From Spirochaetia bacterium (GTDB lineage: Bacteria > Spirochaetota > Spirochaetia > CAKZLE01), in assembly GCA_963677595.1 (NCBI GenBank), contig OY782041.1:1920001-1984000 (forward strand): a DNA stretch of 64,000 bases, given 5' to 3'. The translations under genes were made by a program, and so were the position numbers. Positions 39,324-49,076 of the stretch are shown here, piece after piece (the first letter of the stretch is position 1; each line of letters starts with the position of its first letter). The notes under the pieces are model-generated. The model did not search any database. It worked only from the letters and a program-made list of their open reading frames with translations, and was not told the origin of the DNA.

Positions 39324-40379
39324 ATGAGCGACCAATCACCGAGATTCACCCTGGAAGTAGAGAAGAATATGGCGATGGAACTGATCTATGCAGCCTACAG
39401 CACTGCCACCCTCGAGAGCCTCTCTATTTCCCCGCCGTATGATGCCTGCGGGAAGTACACGCAGGCATGGCTGCAGAACATTGATGAGACGATCTCGCCC
39501 TTCGAGCGTCATGACCTGCAGCTGGTATTCTCCACGGCGGCCACGGGGGTCTTCCTCTTCTACCTGGTCATCTCCGGTAACCTTACTGATACCGAAGGGC
39601 TGATCAGGGTACTGCATGAACTCAGCGAGGAGGACTTCATCAAAGGCTTCAGGAATGTCATACGGGTGGATGATACGGTCGAGGACTGGATCAATACCGC
39701 CGAGGTCATCAAGGCCTTCGAGAAGGACTGGATGGAACTCAGGCTGGACTTCGACAAGGAGGCAGCAGCCCTGGTGGCCCTGCTGAAGACCCCCTCCTAT
39801 TTCAAGGTGCGGCTCGAGGAGGTCCTCGGCTGGTTCAGCGAACGTTACATCCTCCCTTTCTCTGAGGGCATAGGGCAGCGGGTCGATGACCATATCGCGG
39901 CGTACCGGCAGGTCATGGCGGAGGACCCGGGCTACGTCGTCGACCGGCTGACGAACGGGAATGCCGAGGTTGTCGCCCAACAGAATCACCGCATCATCCT
40001 CTACCCGGTAGCGCTGAACACCCGCGATATTTCTATCTTCATGCCCGGGCTTGTCTATATGGTATACGGCGTCGACCATGCCCGGAAGCTGCTGGACTCC
40101 AGCATCGAGGAACGGACCGATGAGCTCGTCAAGGCGATCTCGGACCCGAAGCGCATGCAGATCCTGCGCCTGCTCAAAGGCAGGGCCTGGTACAGCCGGG
40201 AGATCGCCGGGGAGCTGGGGCTCACCCCGGCAACGGTCTCCTACCATATAGACCTGCTCTTCCAGGCAGGTCTGATCAAGTTCGATAAGCCTGAGGGAAG
40301 GAGGTTCTACTACAACCTCAACGAGAAGGGGATGGCTGAACTGATCGATTGCCTGAAGGAAGAGTTTGTTGATCGTTAA
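39324..40379 (+). CDS. Transcriptional regulator with C-terminal ArsR-type wHTH and long N-terminal domain
   Basis: 'KAISDPKRMQILRLL...EIAGELGLTPATVSYHIDLL..AGL'; start ATG 39324 after AAGGAG. Confidence 0.85.
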   Translation: MSDQSPRFTLEVEKNMAMELIYAAYSTATLESLSISPPYDACGKYTQAWLQNIDETISPFERHDLQLVFSTAATGVFLFYLVISGNLTDTEGLIRVLHELSEEDFIKGFRNVIRVDDTVEDWINTAEVIKAFEKDWMELRLDFDKEAAALVALLKTPSYFKVRLEEVLGWFSERYILPFSEGIGQRVDDHIAAYRQVMAEDPGYVVDRLTNGNAEVVAQQNHRIILYPVALNTRDISIFMPGLVYMVYGVDHARKLLDSSIEERTDELVKAISDPKRMQILRLLKGRAWYSREIAGELGLTPATVSYHIDLLFQAGLIKFDKPEGRRFYYNLNEKGMAELIDCLKEEFVDR

Positions 40380-40424
40380 TATGTAAATATCTGTATATAT
40401 ATACAAAAAAAATGCAAAAAAGGT

Positions 40425-40453
40425 TTGTCATGTTGGTGATTCCACAGTATAGT
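40425..40453 (+). promoter_or_regulatory. Sigma70-type promoter of the lyase gene
   Basis: TTGTCA-17 bp-TATAGT. Confidence 0.6.
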
Positions 40454-40493
40454 CATAGGAGGTATCTTTATAACATAACGAGGAGTCAAAGAC

Positions 40494-41963
40494 ATGAGCG
40501 AAACATATACCCCAACGGAGATGGTGAAATTCTACAATGGGGAAAACATCCCCCTCGAGCTGCACAAGGTGCGGGTCGTGCAGAAGCTGCACCTCCTGCC
40601 GATCGAGCAGCGGCTTGAGGCGATAGAGAAGGCAGGCTACAACAGCTTCCTGCTGAACACGACGACCACCTTCTTAGACATGCTCACCGATTCAGGCTGT
40701 AATGCCATGAGCGACCGGCAGACAGCTGCCATGATGGTGGCAGACGATGCCTATGCGGGCAGCCAGAGCTACGACAGGATGGAGAAGCAGGTGCTCTCCA
40801 TGTTCGGCAAGGAGTATATCCTTCCCGTCCACCAGGGACGTGCGGCAGAGAACATCGTCGGACAGGCCTTCATCTCCGAGGGCGACCACATCCCGATGAA
40901 CTACCACTTCACCACGACCAAGGCCCACTTCGAGATCAACGGCGGTACGCTCCATGAGATCTACACCGACGAGGCGCTCGTGATCCGGAGCAGCCACCCA
41001 TTCAAGGGCAACATGGATATCGACCGACTCAAGGGAGTCATCAAGGAGTACGGTGCCGAGCACATCCCCTTCATCAGGCTCGAGGCATCGACCAACCTCA
41101 TCGGCGGCCAGCCCTTCTCCATGCAGAACATGCGGGACGTCCGTGCCGTGGCTGACGAGGCAGGGATCATGATCGTCCTCGATGCATCACTCATCGGGGA
41201 GAACGCATGGTTCATCAAGCAGCGTGAGGCAGGCTATGCAGAGAAGACCATGGGCGAGATCATCCGTGAGATGTCAGACCTCGTGGACCTCGTCTACTTC
41301 TCGGCACGTAAGCTCTCATCGAGCCGCGGCGGCGTCATCTGTACCGCCCGGGAAGACCTCTATGACAAGATGCGTGACCTCGTACCCCTCTTCGAGGGAT
41401 TCCTCACCTACGGCGGTATGTCCGTCCGTGAGATCGAGGCGATGGCGGTCGGTCTTGAGGAGACCCTCGATAACCAGATGATCTGCCAGTCCCCCTCCTT
41501 CATCGACTACTTCGTCAGGAAGGTGGACTCTCTCGGCATCCCGGTCGTGACCCCGGGCGGGGCGCTCGGTGCCCATATCGACGCAGGTTCCTTCCTCTCC
41601 CACCTCCCGCAGGAGGTATACCCTGCAGGAGCCCTCGTTTCAGCCTTCTACCTGATCTCAGGCTGCCGGGGAATGGAACGGGGTACGGTCAGTTCCGTAC
41701 GACTCGAGGACGGGAGCGACCTCCTCGCCGATGTCGAGCTGATGCGGCTCGCCTTCCCGCGAAGGGTGTTCACGCTAAGCCAGGTCGAGTACGCGATTGA
41801 CCGGCTGAAGTGGCTCTATGATAACAGGGAGCTCGTCGGCGGTCTCGAGTGGGACAAGGAGCCGGCAGTACTCAGGTTCTTCGTCGGACGGCTCAAACCC
41901 ATCGGCGACTGGCCGCAGAAGCTCATGGCAAAGTTCAGGGAAGATTTCGGAGACAGTCTCTAA
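40494..41963 (+). CDS. PLP-dependent beta-eliminating lyase (tryptophanase / tyrosine phenol-lyase family)
   Basis: 'DMLTDSG', 'DAYAGS', 'HQGRAAE', 'FTTT', PLP Lys in 'SARK', 'RLAFPRRV', 'LRFF'. Confidence 0.92.
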   Translation: MSETYTPTEMVKFYNGENIPLELHKVRVVQKLHLLPIEQRLEAIEKAGYNSFLLNTTTTFLDMLTDSGCNAMSDRQTAAMMVADDAYAGSQSYDRMEKQVLSMFGKEYILPVHQGRAAENIVGQAFISEGDHIPMNYHFTTTKAHFEINGGTLHEIYTDEALVIRSSHPFKGNMDIDRLKGVIKEYGAEHIPFIRLEASTNLIGGQPFSMQNMRDVRAVADEAGIMIVLDASLIGENAWFIKQREAGYAEKTMGEIIREMSDLVDLVYFSARKLSSSRGGVICTAREDLYDKMRDLVPLFEGFLTYGGMSVREIEAMAVGLEETLDNQMICQSPSFIDYFVRKVDSLGIPVVTPGGALGAHIDAGSFLSHLPQEVYPAGALVSAFYLISGCRGMERGTVSSVRLEDGSDLLADVELMRLAFPRRVFTLSQVEYAIDRLKWLYDNRELVGGLEWDKEPAVLRFFVGRLKPIGDWPQKLMAKFREDFGDSL

Positions 41964-41989
41964 GAGATTTTTATTCCTCAATCGTATCA

Positions 41990-42018
41990 GGTGCCGGGTT
42001 CCCGGCACCGTTTTTTTT
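41990..42018 (+). terminator. Rho-independent terminator
   Basis: GGTGCCGGG-TT-CCCGGCACC-G-T8. Confidence 0.9.
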
Positions 42019-42088
42019 CGGGTAAAAGCTGTAGGTGGGAGCCGATGTGTCTGCTATACTAGTAGAGTGCGCAGGCAGGGAGGAACGG

Positions 42089-43228
42089 ATGACGACTGAG
42101 AAGAGAGCAGGGAAAGAGTGTTTTATCCTGAAGAACGGGAATACCGAGGCTGCACTGACGAGACTCGGCGGCCATATGGCGCCGGTGCGGTTCTACACCG
42201 ATACCGAGACACCGGTCGAGCCCTATTACGTAAGCCCCTGGCAGGAGGAGGATATCGCGATCGATGTCCCGATCCTCGAGCCGCTGCGCGGGGACTTCTT
42301 CTGCATGCCCTTCGGCGCGAACGAGGAGGATACCAACCCCTTCGTCGGACACGGGGATCCCTCCACGCGGGACTGGGAGTACGTATCGGAGAAGCACAGT
42401 GATCCCGTCACTACCCTGACACTTGGTATGGAGTTGAAGCAGTCAGCCGGGTCGGTCACGAAGGAGGTCTCGATCATCGAGGGAGAGCAGGTCATCTACA
42501 CCCGTGACACGATCAGCGGGGTGTCAGGGCCCATGCCCCTCGGTCACCATGCCACCCTCGGGACCCATAACGGGGAGCTGACGATCAGGACCTCCCCGAT
42601 ATCGTTCGGCCGCTGCAACCCCTATGACGTCCTCCATACCCAGGGACGGGAGTACTACTCCTGCGCCTCCTTGGGCCGGTTCACCGAGCTCGAGGATGTC
42701 CCCACCATCTGGAAGGTGCCGGAGAGCACGGACTGCACCGTCTTCCCCGCCAGGGAGGGCTATGTCGACATCATCCAGTCATTCCAGCAGGACCAGGGGA
42801 AACCTGCCTGGACTACCGCCGTCTGCAGGGAGGCCGGCTACCTCTGGTTCTCCCTGAAGGATGTGTCGGTGCTCCCCTCTGTGCTCTTCTGGATGGAGAA
42901 CCATGGCCGTCATGGTTCCCCGTGGAACGGGAGGAACTGCTGCATCGGGCTTGAGGATGTCTGCTCATACTTCGCCAACGGCTATGAGGACTCCATCGGG
43001 GAGAACCCCCTCGTCACCGAGGAGGGCGCGAAGACTGCCGTGCAGCTCGATGGCTCACCCTTTACCGTCAGCTATATCCAGGGGGTCGTCAGGATACCGG
43101 AGGGGTTCAACGCCGTCTCCGATATCGACTTCTCGGAAGATTGGATCACCTTCATCGAGGAGTCGGGCAGCTCCGTGGTCACCGTCCCCTGCCGCTGGGA
43201 TTTCGTCTTCGGGAAGAGTCTGGACTGA
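42089..43228 (+). CDS. Hypothetical protein, probable galactose-mutarotase/aldose-epimerase-like beta-sandwich
   Basis: 'LRGDFFCMPFG...HG', 'GHHATL', 'W.ENHGR..PWNGR..CIGLE'; start ATG 42089. Confidence 0.55.
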   Translation: MTTEKRAGKECFILKNGNTEAALTRLGGHMAPVRFYTDTETPVEPYYVSPWQEEDIAIDVPILEPLRGDFFCMPFGANEEDTNPFVGHGDPSTRDWEYVSEKHSDPVTTLTLGMELKQSAGSVTKEVSIIEGEQVIYTRDTISGVSGPMPLGHHATLGTHNGELTIRTSPISFGRCNPYDVLHTQGREYYSCASLGRFTELEDVPTIWKVPESTDCTVFPAREGYVDIIQSFQQDQGKPAWTTAVCREAGYLWFSLKDVSVLPSVLFWMENHGRHGSPWNGRNCCIGLEDVCSYFANGYEDSIGENPLVTEEGAKTAVQLDGSPFTVSYIQGVVRIPEGFNAVSDIDFSEDWITFIEESGSSVVTVPCRWDFVFGKSLD

Positions 43229-43275
43229 CAGGACAGCCGCCAGGAAAGAATAAATAAAAATCGATAAAAAAATAT

Positions 43276-43320
43276 TTGACAACTCTTCGTTTAACACTTT
43301 ATAATCTATTGAAGTGTTGA
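43276..43320 (+). promoter_or_regulatory. Promoter of the Mrp-Mbx operon with an inverted repeat over the -10
   Basis: TTGACA(43276-81)-18 bp-TATAAT(43300-05); AACACTT(43293-99)-N12-AAGTGTT(43312-18). Confidence 0.65.
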
Positions 43321-43372
43321 ACTGTATTATACATGAGAAATCTGTATGCAGATACATACGAAGGGGAAATGG

Positions 43373-43870
43373 ATGAAATCAATACTGTACCGCCTGAGCA
43401 TCTGGATACTCCTGATGGTGATCTGGCTTCTGCTGGTCTCACCGCTGAATACCCAGGAGATCATCTCAGGAGCAATGATCGCCCTCCTGGCAGCCCTGAT
43501 ACCGCTGCCGGACAGGGACGTGTTCAGGGAACTGCTGCTGACACCGAAGAAGGCTGTCTACGCCCTCCTGTTCACCCTGGTGTTCCTCTGGGAGGTCGTG
43601 AAGTCGAACCTTGACGTCGCCCTCAGGGTCATCAAGCCGGTGATCCCGATCAATCCCGGGATCGTGAAGGTGAGGACCTCGCTCTCATCGAGGATGGGAC
43701 GTCTTGCCCTGGCGAACGCCATCACCTTGACACCCGGTACGATCACCGTCGATATCGAGGGTGAGTACCTCTATATCCACTGGATCTCCGTGGAGGCTGG
43801 GGATATAGACGAGGCGACGAAGAAGATCGTCTCTACATTCGAGAGATATCTGGAGGTGATCTTTGGCTGA
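43373..43870 (+). CDS. mnhE: Mrp antiporter subunit E (MbsA/MbxA-like)
   Basis: 'SNLDVA', 'INPGIV', 'LANAITLTPGT', 'LYIHW'; start ATG 43373. Confidence 0.92.
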   Translation: MKSILYRLSIWILLMVIWLLLVSPLNTQEIISGAMIALLAALIPLPDRDVFRELLLTPKKAVYALLFTLVFLWEVVKSNLDVALRVIKPVIPINPGIVKVRTSLSSRMGRLALANAITLTPGTITVDIEGEYLYIHWISVEAGDIDEATKKIVSTFERYLEVIFG

Positions 43871-44123
43871 TACTATCTATATGGCAGCAGGGGCGATCGC
43901 CCTGCTTGCGTTCTGCATATCGTTCTTCCGGATCATTGTCGGACCCGACCTGGCAGACCGAGTGGTCGCGCTCGACGCGATGACCATCCTGTCGCTCTCG
44001 GGGATCGTCTTCCTCACCCACCTGCTCGGGCGCATGATCTATATCGACATAGCCCTGGTGTACGGCCTCATGAGTTTCCTCGGGGTCATCGCGGTGGCAC
44101 GCTACATGGAAAGGGGGCTGTAA
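43863..44123 (+). CDS. mnhF: Mrp antiporter subunit F (MbsB-like)
   Basis: 'RIIVGPDLADRVVALD', 'YIDIALV', 'ARYME'. Confidence 0.92.
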   Translation: MADTIYMAAGAIALLAFCISFFRIIVGPDLADRVVALDAMTILSLSGIVFLTHLLGRMIYIDIALVYGLMSFLGVIAVARYMERGL

Positions 44124-44124
44124 G

Positions 44125-44466
44125 ATGGTACTTGAGATCATTGGGGCGATCGTCGCCCTCTTCGGGTCCCTCTTCCTGCTGCTGGCAGCAGTCGGTATCG
44201 TCAGGATGCCCGATACCTATAACAGGATGCAGGCCGGGACCAAGGCTTCCACCCTTGGGAGCCTGCTCTTCTTCATCGGGATCGGCCTCGGCCATCCCGG
44301 TCTCTGGGGCAAGCTCATCGTACTGAGCGCGTTCGTCCTCCTGACGAACCCGCTCTCCTCGCACGTCCTCGCACGGGCCCTGCACTATGTCGGGAAGTCC
44401 CCGATCCTGCCCGGCCATCCCAACCGTGACGACCTCGCAGAGGATCGCCTGAAGGAGGGAGTATGA
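44125..44466 (+). CDS. mnhG: Mrp antiporter subunit G (MbsC-like)
   Basis: 'RMPDTYNRMQAGTKASTLG', 'LTNP.SSH..ARA'. Confidence 0.92.
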   Translation: MVLEIIGAIVALFGSLFLLLAAVGIVRMPDTYNRMQAGTKASTLGSLLFFIGIGLGHPGLWGKLIVLSAFVLLTNPLSSHVLARALHYVGKSPILPGHPNRDDLAEDRLKEGV

Positions 44467-44729
44467 TCGTTCTCTATATCATATTGGGGGTGCTGATGCT
44501 CATCGCCGCAGCTGCCGCCATCCAGATGAAACATATGACCTCAGCGATCATCGCTGCCGGGGTCGTCTCCCTGGTGGGAAGCCTGCTCTTCCTGCTCGCG
44601 GGTGCACCTGATGTCGCCATGACAGAGGCCGCAATCGGTTCCGCACTGACGACAGTCATCTTCCTCTTCGCCTGGTCACGTATTTCCGACCATGCCAAGG
44701 GTGATGACGATGAGGAGGGTAGGTCATGA
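44463..44729 (+). CDS. MrpA C-terminal/DUF4040-like subunit (MbsD-like)
   Basis: 'APDVAMTEAAIGSALTT'. Confidence 0.88.
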   Translation: MIVLYIILGVLMLIAAAAAIQMKHMTSAIIAAGVVSLVGSLLFLLAGAPDVAMTEAAIGSALTTVIFLFAWSRISDHAKGDDDEEGRS

Positions 44730-45424
44730 TCAAACGACTGCTTATCATCGCCGTGCTCATCGTATTGGGGATCGTGCTCTCCCCGATGCTCTGGAATATA
44801 ACGGATGCGACTGAACTCGGTTCGGTATCGCAGAAGTATGTAACTGATGGGGTGGAAGACCTCGGGGCTGCGAACCTCGTCACCTCCGTCGTGGTCAGCT
44901 ACCGTGGTCTCGATACGCTCGGCGAGGTCGCCGTGCTCTTCGTCGCGACTGCCGGGGTTGCCATGCTGCTTGGTGCAGGGAAGAAGGAGGAGTCTATCGT
45001 CCTCCCCAATGAGCGGCGCAGCGGATCGGAGCTCCTGGGCACCGGTTCAGCGCTGCTCTTCCCGATCCTCCTGCTCTTCGGGGTCTATATCTTCCTCCAT
45101 GGTCACCTGACCCCTGGCGGAGGATTCCAGGGAGGCGTCGTCATCGCCTCCTCCATCGTGCTGCTGCTCTTCGAGAAGAGCGACAGGAAACTGAACCATG
45201 CCCTCCTGCAGTGGATCGAGGCCCTCTCCGGGGCTGCCTATGCAGCGGTCGGCCTGCTCGGGCTCTGGCTCGCGGCAGGGTTCCTGGATCCCAGGTTCCT
45301 CCCTACAGGGGAGTTCGGCATGGTGCTGAGCGCCGGGGCGATCCCCGTGATCTACTGCCTGATCGGGATCAAGGTCGGCTCGGAGCTGACCGGGGTCGTC
45401 GATTCCCTGAGGAGGAACGCATGA
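44726..45424 (+). CDS. mnhB: Mrp antiporter subunit B (MbsE-like)
   Basis: 'NLVTSVVVSYRGLDTLGE', 'HGHLTPGGGFQGG'. Confidence 0.92.
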   Translation: MIKRLLIIAVLIVLGIVLSPMLWNITDATELGSVSQKYVTDGVEDLGAANLVTSVVVSYRGLDTLGEVAVLFVATAGVAMLLGAGKKEESIVLPNERRSGSELLGTGSALLFPILLLFGVYIFLHGHLTPGGGFQGGVVIASSIVLLLFEKSDRKLNHALLQWIEALSGAAYAAVGLLGLWLAAGFLDPRFLPTGEFGMVLSAGAIPVIYCLIGIKVGSELTGVVDSLRRNA

Positions 45425-45780
45425 TTACACAGATCCTCGTGATCCTCGGAGGCCTACTGATCTTAGTCGGGCTCTGGGGCATCCTAACTAGAAAACACCT
45501 GGTGAAGATGATCATCGGGTTCTCCGTCCTCGATACCGGTGTCCACCTGATCATGGTAGGACTCGGGTACATCAAGGGTGGGACCGCACCGATCATTGAC
45601 AGCGAGCTCCCGGCGGGAACGCTCGCCGGGAAGGTCGTGGACCCGGTCCCCTCAGCCCTGGTCCTGACAGCGATCGTCATCGGCGTGGCTGTCACCGCCC
45701 TGATGCTCAGCTATGCTGTCCGGTTATACAAGACCTATAAGACTACGTCGATCGATGAGATAAAGGAGTTGAAATGGTAA
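45421..45780 (+). CDS. mnhC: Mrp antiporter subunit C (MbsG-like)
   Basis: 'VDPVPSALVLTAIVIG'; start ATG 45421 overlaps the previous stop. Confidence 0.92.
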   Translation: MITQILVILGGLLILVGLWGILTRKHLVKMIIGFSVLDTGVHLIMVGLGYIKGGTAPIIDSELPAGTLAGKVVDPVPSALVLTAIVIGVAVTALMLSYAVRLYKTYKTTSIDEIKELKW

Positions 45781-48700
45781 GCCCACTCTATATATTCGGT
45801 CTGGGACTGGGGATCGCCTTCCTGCTCCCGCTGTTCGAGAAGCTCTCGAAAGAGGCCCCGAAGTACATCACCCTGCTGCTTCTTGCCCTGTTCACGATCA
45901 TCCCGGTCTCATGGATCGCCCAGATCCTTCCCTCCGGGATCATGAGCTCCCCGGTATCGGTCGGGACGATCGGCTTCGCGCCCCCGTTTGCCATAAGTCT
46001 GCAGATAGGCTTTGCAGAAGCCGTCACCCTGGCGGCAGTCAATGCCGCGGCGCTGCTGAGCGGCCTCTACCATACGGTCAGGAATGACGAGAACTGGAAG
46101 GGGAAGCACATCGTGCTCTTCCTCACCCTCATCGTCGGCGTGAACGGGCTCATCCTCACCAGGGACCTCTTCAACCTCTTCGTCTTCCTCGAGATCACCT
46201 CGATCTCGATGTATGCACTCATCGCGACGAATGCCCAGAAGCATGCCTATGAGGCAGGGTTCAAGTACCTGATCGCAGGTTCACTCGCCTCCGCGAGCTA
46301 CCTCATCGGGGTGATCTTCCTCTACCGGTATACCGGCACCCTCTATATCGATGAGATCGCGGCCATGGATATCGCTTCCATGGCGGCAGGGAACCCGGGT
46401 CTCGTCATCGCCCTCTCGTTGCTGATGCTCGCGATGCTCGTGGAGCTCAAACCGTTCCCCGCGAACGGCTGGGCGATTGATGCCTATGAGGCTTCCGACC
46501 CTGCCGTATCGGCCATGATCAGTGCCGTCGGTGCCACCGGCGTGCTCTTCTCCTTCCATAAGCTCCTTGAACTGTTCACCCCACAGATGGCCGGCGTCGC
46601 TGCCGCCTGCGGGATGCTCACCTTCATCTTCTCTCAGCTCATCGGCTTGAGGCAGGAACGGGTCAGGAGGATGCTCGGCTATTCATCAGTCGGGCAGATC
46701 GCCCTGGCAGTGACCGTCCTCTCGATCGGCAGGGTCCATCCGGATCTTGCTGTCCAGATGCAGCTTGCGGCTGCACTCCTGATCGGGACCCATATATTCA
46801 GCAAGGCCGGGCTCTTCTGGCTTGCCGATATCCAGGACCGGGACGGGTTCACCTCCTTCAGGAAGAGCCCGCTCTTCATCGCTGTCATCGGTATCCTGGT
46901 TTCAGCGTTGGCAGGACTGCCTCCCTTCCCCTCTTTCTGGGCGAAGTGGAGCCTCCTCTCGGCACTTACCGGTAAGGGATACCTCTTCTATATGACACTC
47001 ATCCTCCTAGGGTCTGTCTGTGAGGCAGGCTACCTCTTCAGGTGGTTCACCCGCGGCCTGAAGGCTGCTGCCGACCCAGGCGATATCCACGCAGAACAGG
47101 TCCCGGAGGATGTCCCTGTCGCAGGACCCCAGACCGGGGTGATCAGCTCGACGAGGGCCAGGGCCGCAGTCGGGGAGACTGCAGCCAGGAACGTGAAGAC
47201 TGCAGTCCAGGAAGCAGAGGATGAGAAGAAAACACTTCACCCCTCTGTGCTCATGCCGCTGGTCTCCGCGCTGGTCGTCACTGCCGGCGGGCTGCTCTTC
47301 GGCTATAGGGCCCTTGAAGGTTCGGCCGAGGTCCTCCTGCTGCTGCCGGCAGCCGTGCTGCTGGTCGGCCTGCTGCTTGACCTGGTACGTATCCCGCTCA
47401 AGCTCCACCTCCTCGCTGTCCTGGCAGGGATCGCATACTATGCATACCAGGTCCTGCCGCAGCTGCAGGGGCTCAGGATGGTCTTCGGGGTCATCTTCCT
47501 CATCGGTTCTGCCGTACAGATGATCATCCTCTTCAACCGGAAAGGCGTCCAGTTTGGTCTGGTACCACTCATGACCGCCATGGTCTTCTCCCTCGGGAAC
47601 CTCCTGCTCGCCTCGACGAGGTTGGGATTCTTCCTCTCCTGGGAACTCATGACTGTGACCTCCTTCCTGCTGATCCTCCGTGGGAAATTATCATCAGGGG
47701 CCGGTTTCCGGTACCTGCTCTTCTCACTCGGGGGTGCCTACAGCATCCTGGCAGGGCTCATGCTCTTCCCGGGATTCGACTCGCTCCTGGGCGGGGGCGG
47801 CGTAAGCGGTGCAGTACCGCTGGCCGCAGTCATCCTGCTGGCCGTCGGGTTCCTCGTGAAGATGGGGGCTGCCGGGTTCCATATTTGGCTGCCTTCAGCC
47901 TATGCAGAGGCTGAGGATGAGACCTCGGCACTGCTCTCCTCGGTATTGAGCAAGGCATCGTTGTTCATGCTCTTCCTGACTGCCGCACTCTACCTGCAGC
48001 CGGTCTCACCGGTATCGTCAGTGCCGGTATCGACCCTGCTCGGCTGGGTCGGGACCATCACCCTGATCGCAGGTTCGTTCTTCGCCCTCTTCCAGGAGGA
48101 TATAAAGTACACGCTTGCCTACTCCTCCATGGGACAGGTCGGCTACATGCTCCTAGGCTTCTCCCTCATGACTCACCTGGGCTGGACGGCGAGCCTCTAC
48201 CTGGCAGTGACTCACCTCCTCTTCAAGGGGATGCTCTTCATCGCGGTCGCCGGGGTCATCCACCGGACACGTACCCGGATGATGTACCAGATGGGAGGGC
48301 TGATCAAGCGGATGCCGGTCAGCTTCCTCACCGTACTCATCGGGATCATCGCCCTCTCGGGCGTTCCCCCGCTTACCGGGTTCGGCGGAAAATGGCTGAT
48401 CTATACGGCCCTGATCGAGAAGGGCTGGTACCTGCAGGCGGCGGTCGCGATGTTCGCCTCCGGGATCGCCTTCCTCTACCTCTTCAGGCTCATACATGTC
48501 ATCTTCCTCGGGCAGCTCAAGGACGAGCACCGGGAGGTGAAAGAGGCGCCGATCTGGTACCTCATACCGCAGGTCATCGGCATGGTCGCCATCATGGCGT
48601 TCTCCATGTTCCCGAACCTGCTGCTGCAGCCGCTGCAGGCTGCCGTGGCCCCGTTCTTCCCGGCATCGATCAGCTGGGACGGCTACACGGTCATTTCGAC

Positions 48701-49076
48701 GCTGGGCTACTGGAACGGGAATGCCGTCATGTACGTGACCTTCGGGGTGTTCCTCATCCCGCTCGCATGGCTGCTGCTGGTACGCAGGAAGCATACCCGG
48801 CTGGTGAGCCAATTCAATATCGTGTATGCGGCAGAGCGGCCTGACAAGCCGGAGACGACCCATTTCGGGTACAACTTCTTCGCCCATTACCATGAGGCGC
48901 TCGGAAGCTTCCTCACCCCCTGGGCCACACGGTTCTGGGGCGGGGTGGAATCGATCGTCCATGTCGCCGGTTCGGCCGTGCGGAGGATCTACTCCGGCAA
49001 CGGGCAGACCTATGCCTTCTATATCCTGGCCTACTGTACAGTAGTCCTGATCATCATTCGAGGAGGGGTACTGTAG
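45774..49076 (+). CDS. Fused tandem MrpD-type proton-translocating subunits (MbsH plus MbsH'-like)
   Basis: Two antiporter modules: 'DLFNLFVFLE...RRMLGYSS...GLPPF' and 'FLSWE...HIWLP.A...LAYSSMGQ...GVPPL.GF.GKW'. Confidence 0.88.
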   Translation: MVSPLYIFGLGLGIAFLLPLFEKLSKEAPKYITLLLLALFTIIPVSWIAQILPSGIMSSPVSVGTIGFAPPFAISLQIGFAEAVTLAAVNAAALLSGLYHTVRNDENWKGKHIVLFLTLIVGVNGLILTRDLFNLFVFLEITSISMYALIATNAQKHAYEAGFKYLIAGSLASASYLIGVIFLYRYTGTLYIDEIAAMDIASMAAGNPGLVIALSLLMLAMLVELKPFPANGWAIDAYEASDPAVSAMISAVGATGVLFSFHKLLELFTPQMAGVAAACGMLTFIFSQLIGLRQERVRRMLGYSSVGQIALAVTVLSIGRVHPDLAVQMQLAAALLIGTHIFSKAGLFWLADIQDRDGFTSFRKSPLFIAVIGILVSALAGLPPFPSFWAKWSLLSALTGKGYLFYMTLILLGSVCEAGYLFRWFTRGLKAAADPGDIHAEQVPEDVPVAGPQTGVISSTRARAAVGETAARNVKTAVQEAEDEKKTLHPSVLMPLVSALVVTAGGLLFGYRALEGSAEVLLLLPAAVLLVGLLLDLVRIPLKLHLLAVLAGIAYYAYQVLPQLQGLRMVFGVIFLIGSAVQMIILFNRKGVQFGLVPLMTAMVFSLGNLLLASTRLGFFLSWELMTVTSFLLILRGKLSSGAGFRYLLFSLGGAYSILAGLMLFPGFDSLLGGGGVSGAVPLAAVILLAVGFLVKMGAAGFHIWLPSAYAEAEDETSALLSSVLSKASLFMLFLTAALYLQPVSPVSSVPVSTLLGWVGTITLIAGSFFALFQEDIKYTLAYSSMGQVGYMLLGFSLMTHLGWTASLYLAVTHLLFKGMLFIAVAGVIHRTRTRMMYQMGGLIKRMPVSFLTVLIGIIALSGVPPLTGFGGKWLIYTALIEKGWYLQAAVAMFASGIAFLYLFRLIHVIFLGQLKDEHREVKEAPIWYLIPQVIGMVAIMAFSMFPNLLLQPLQAAVAPFFPASISWDGYTVISTLGYWNGNAVMYVTFGVFLIPLAWLLLVRRKHTRLVSQFNIVYAAERPDKPETTHFGYNFFAHYHEALGSFLTPWATRFWGGVESIVHVAGSAVRRIYSGNGQTYAFYILAYCTVVLIIIRGGVL

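Noticed and set aside
40382-40405. TyrR box upstream of the lyase (TGTAAA-N6-TATATA)
   Set aside because: The right half-site matches poorly in AT-rich sequence, and no TyrR gene is in the window.
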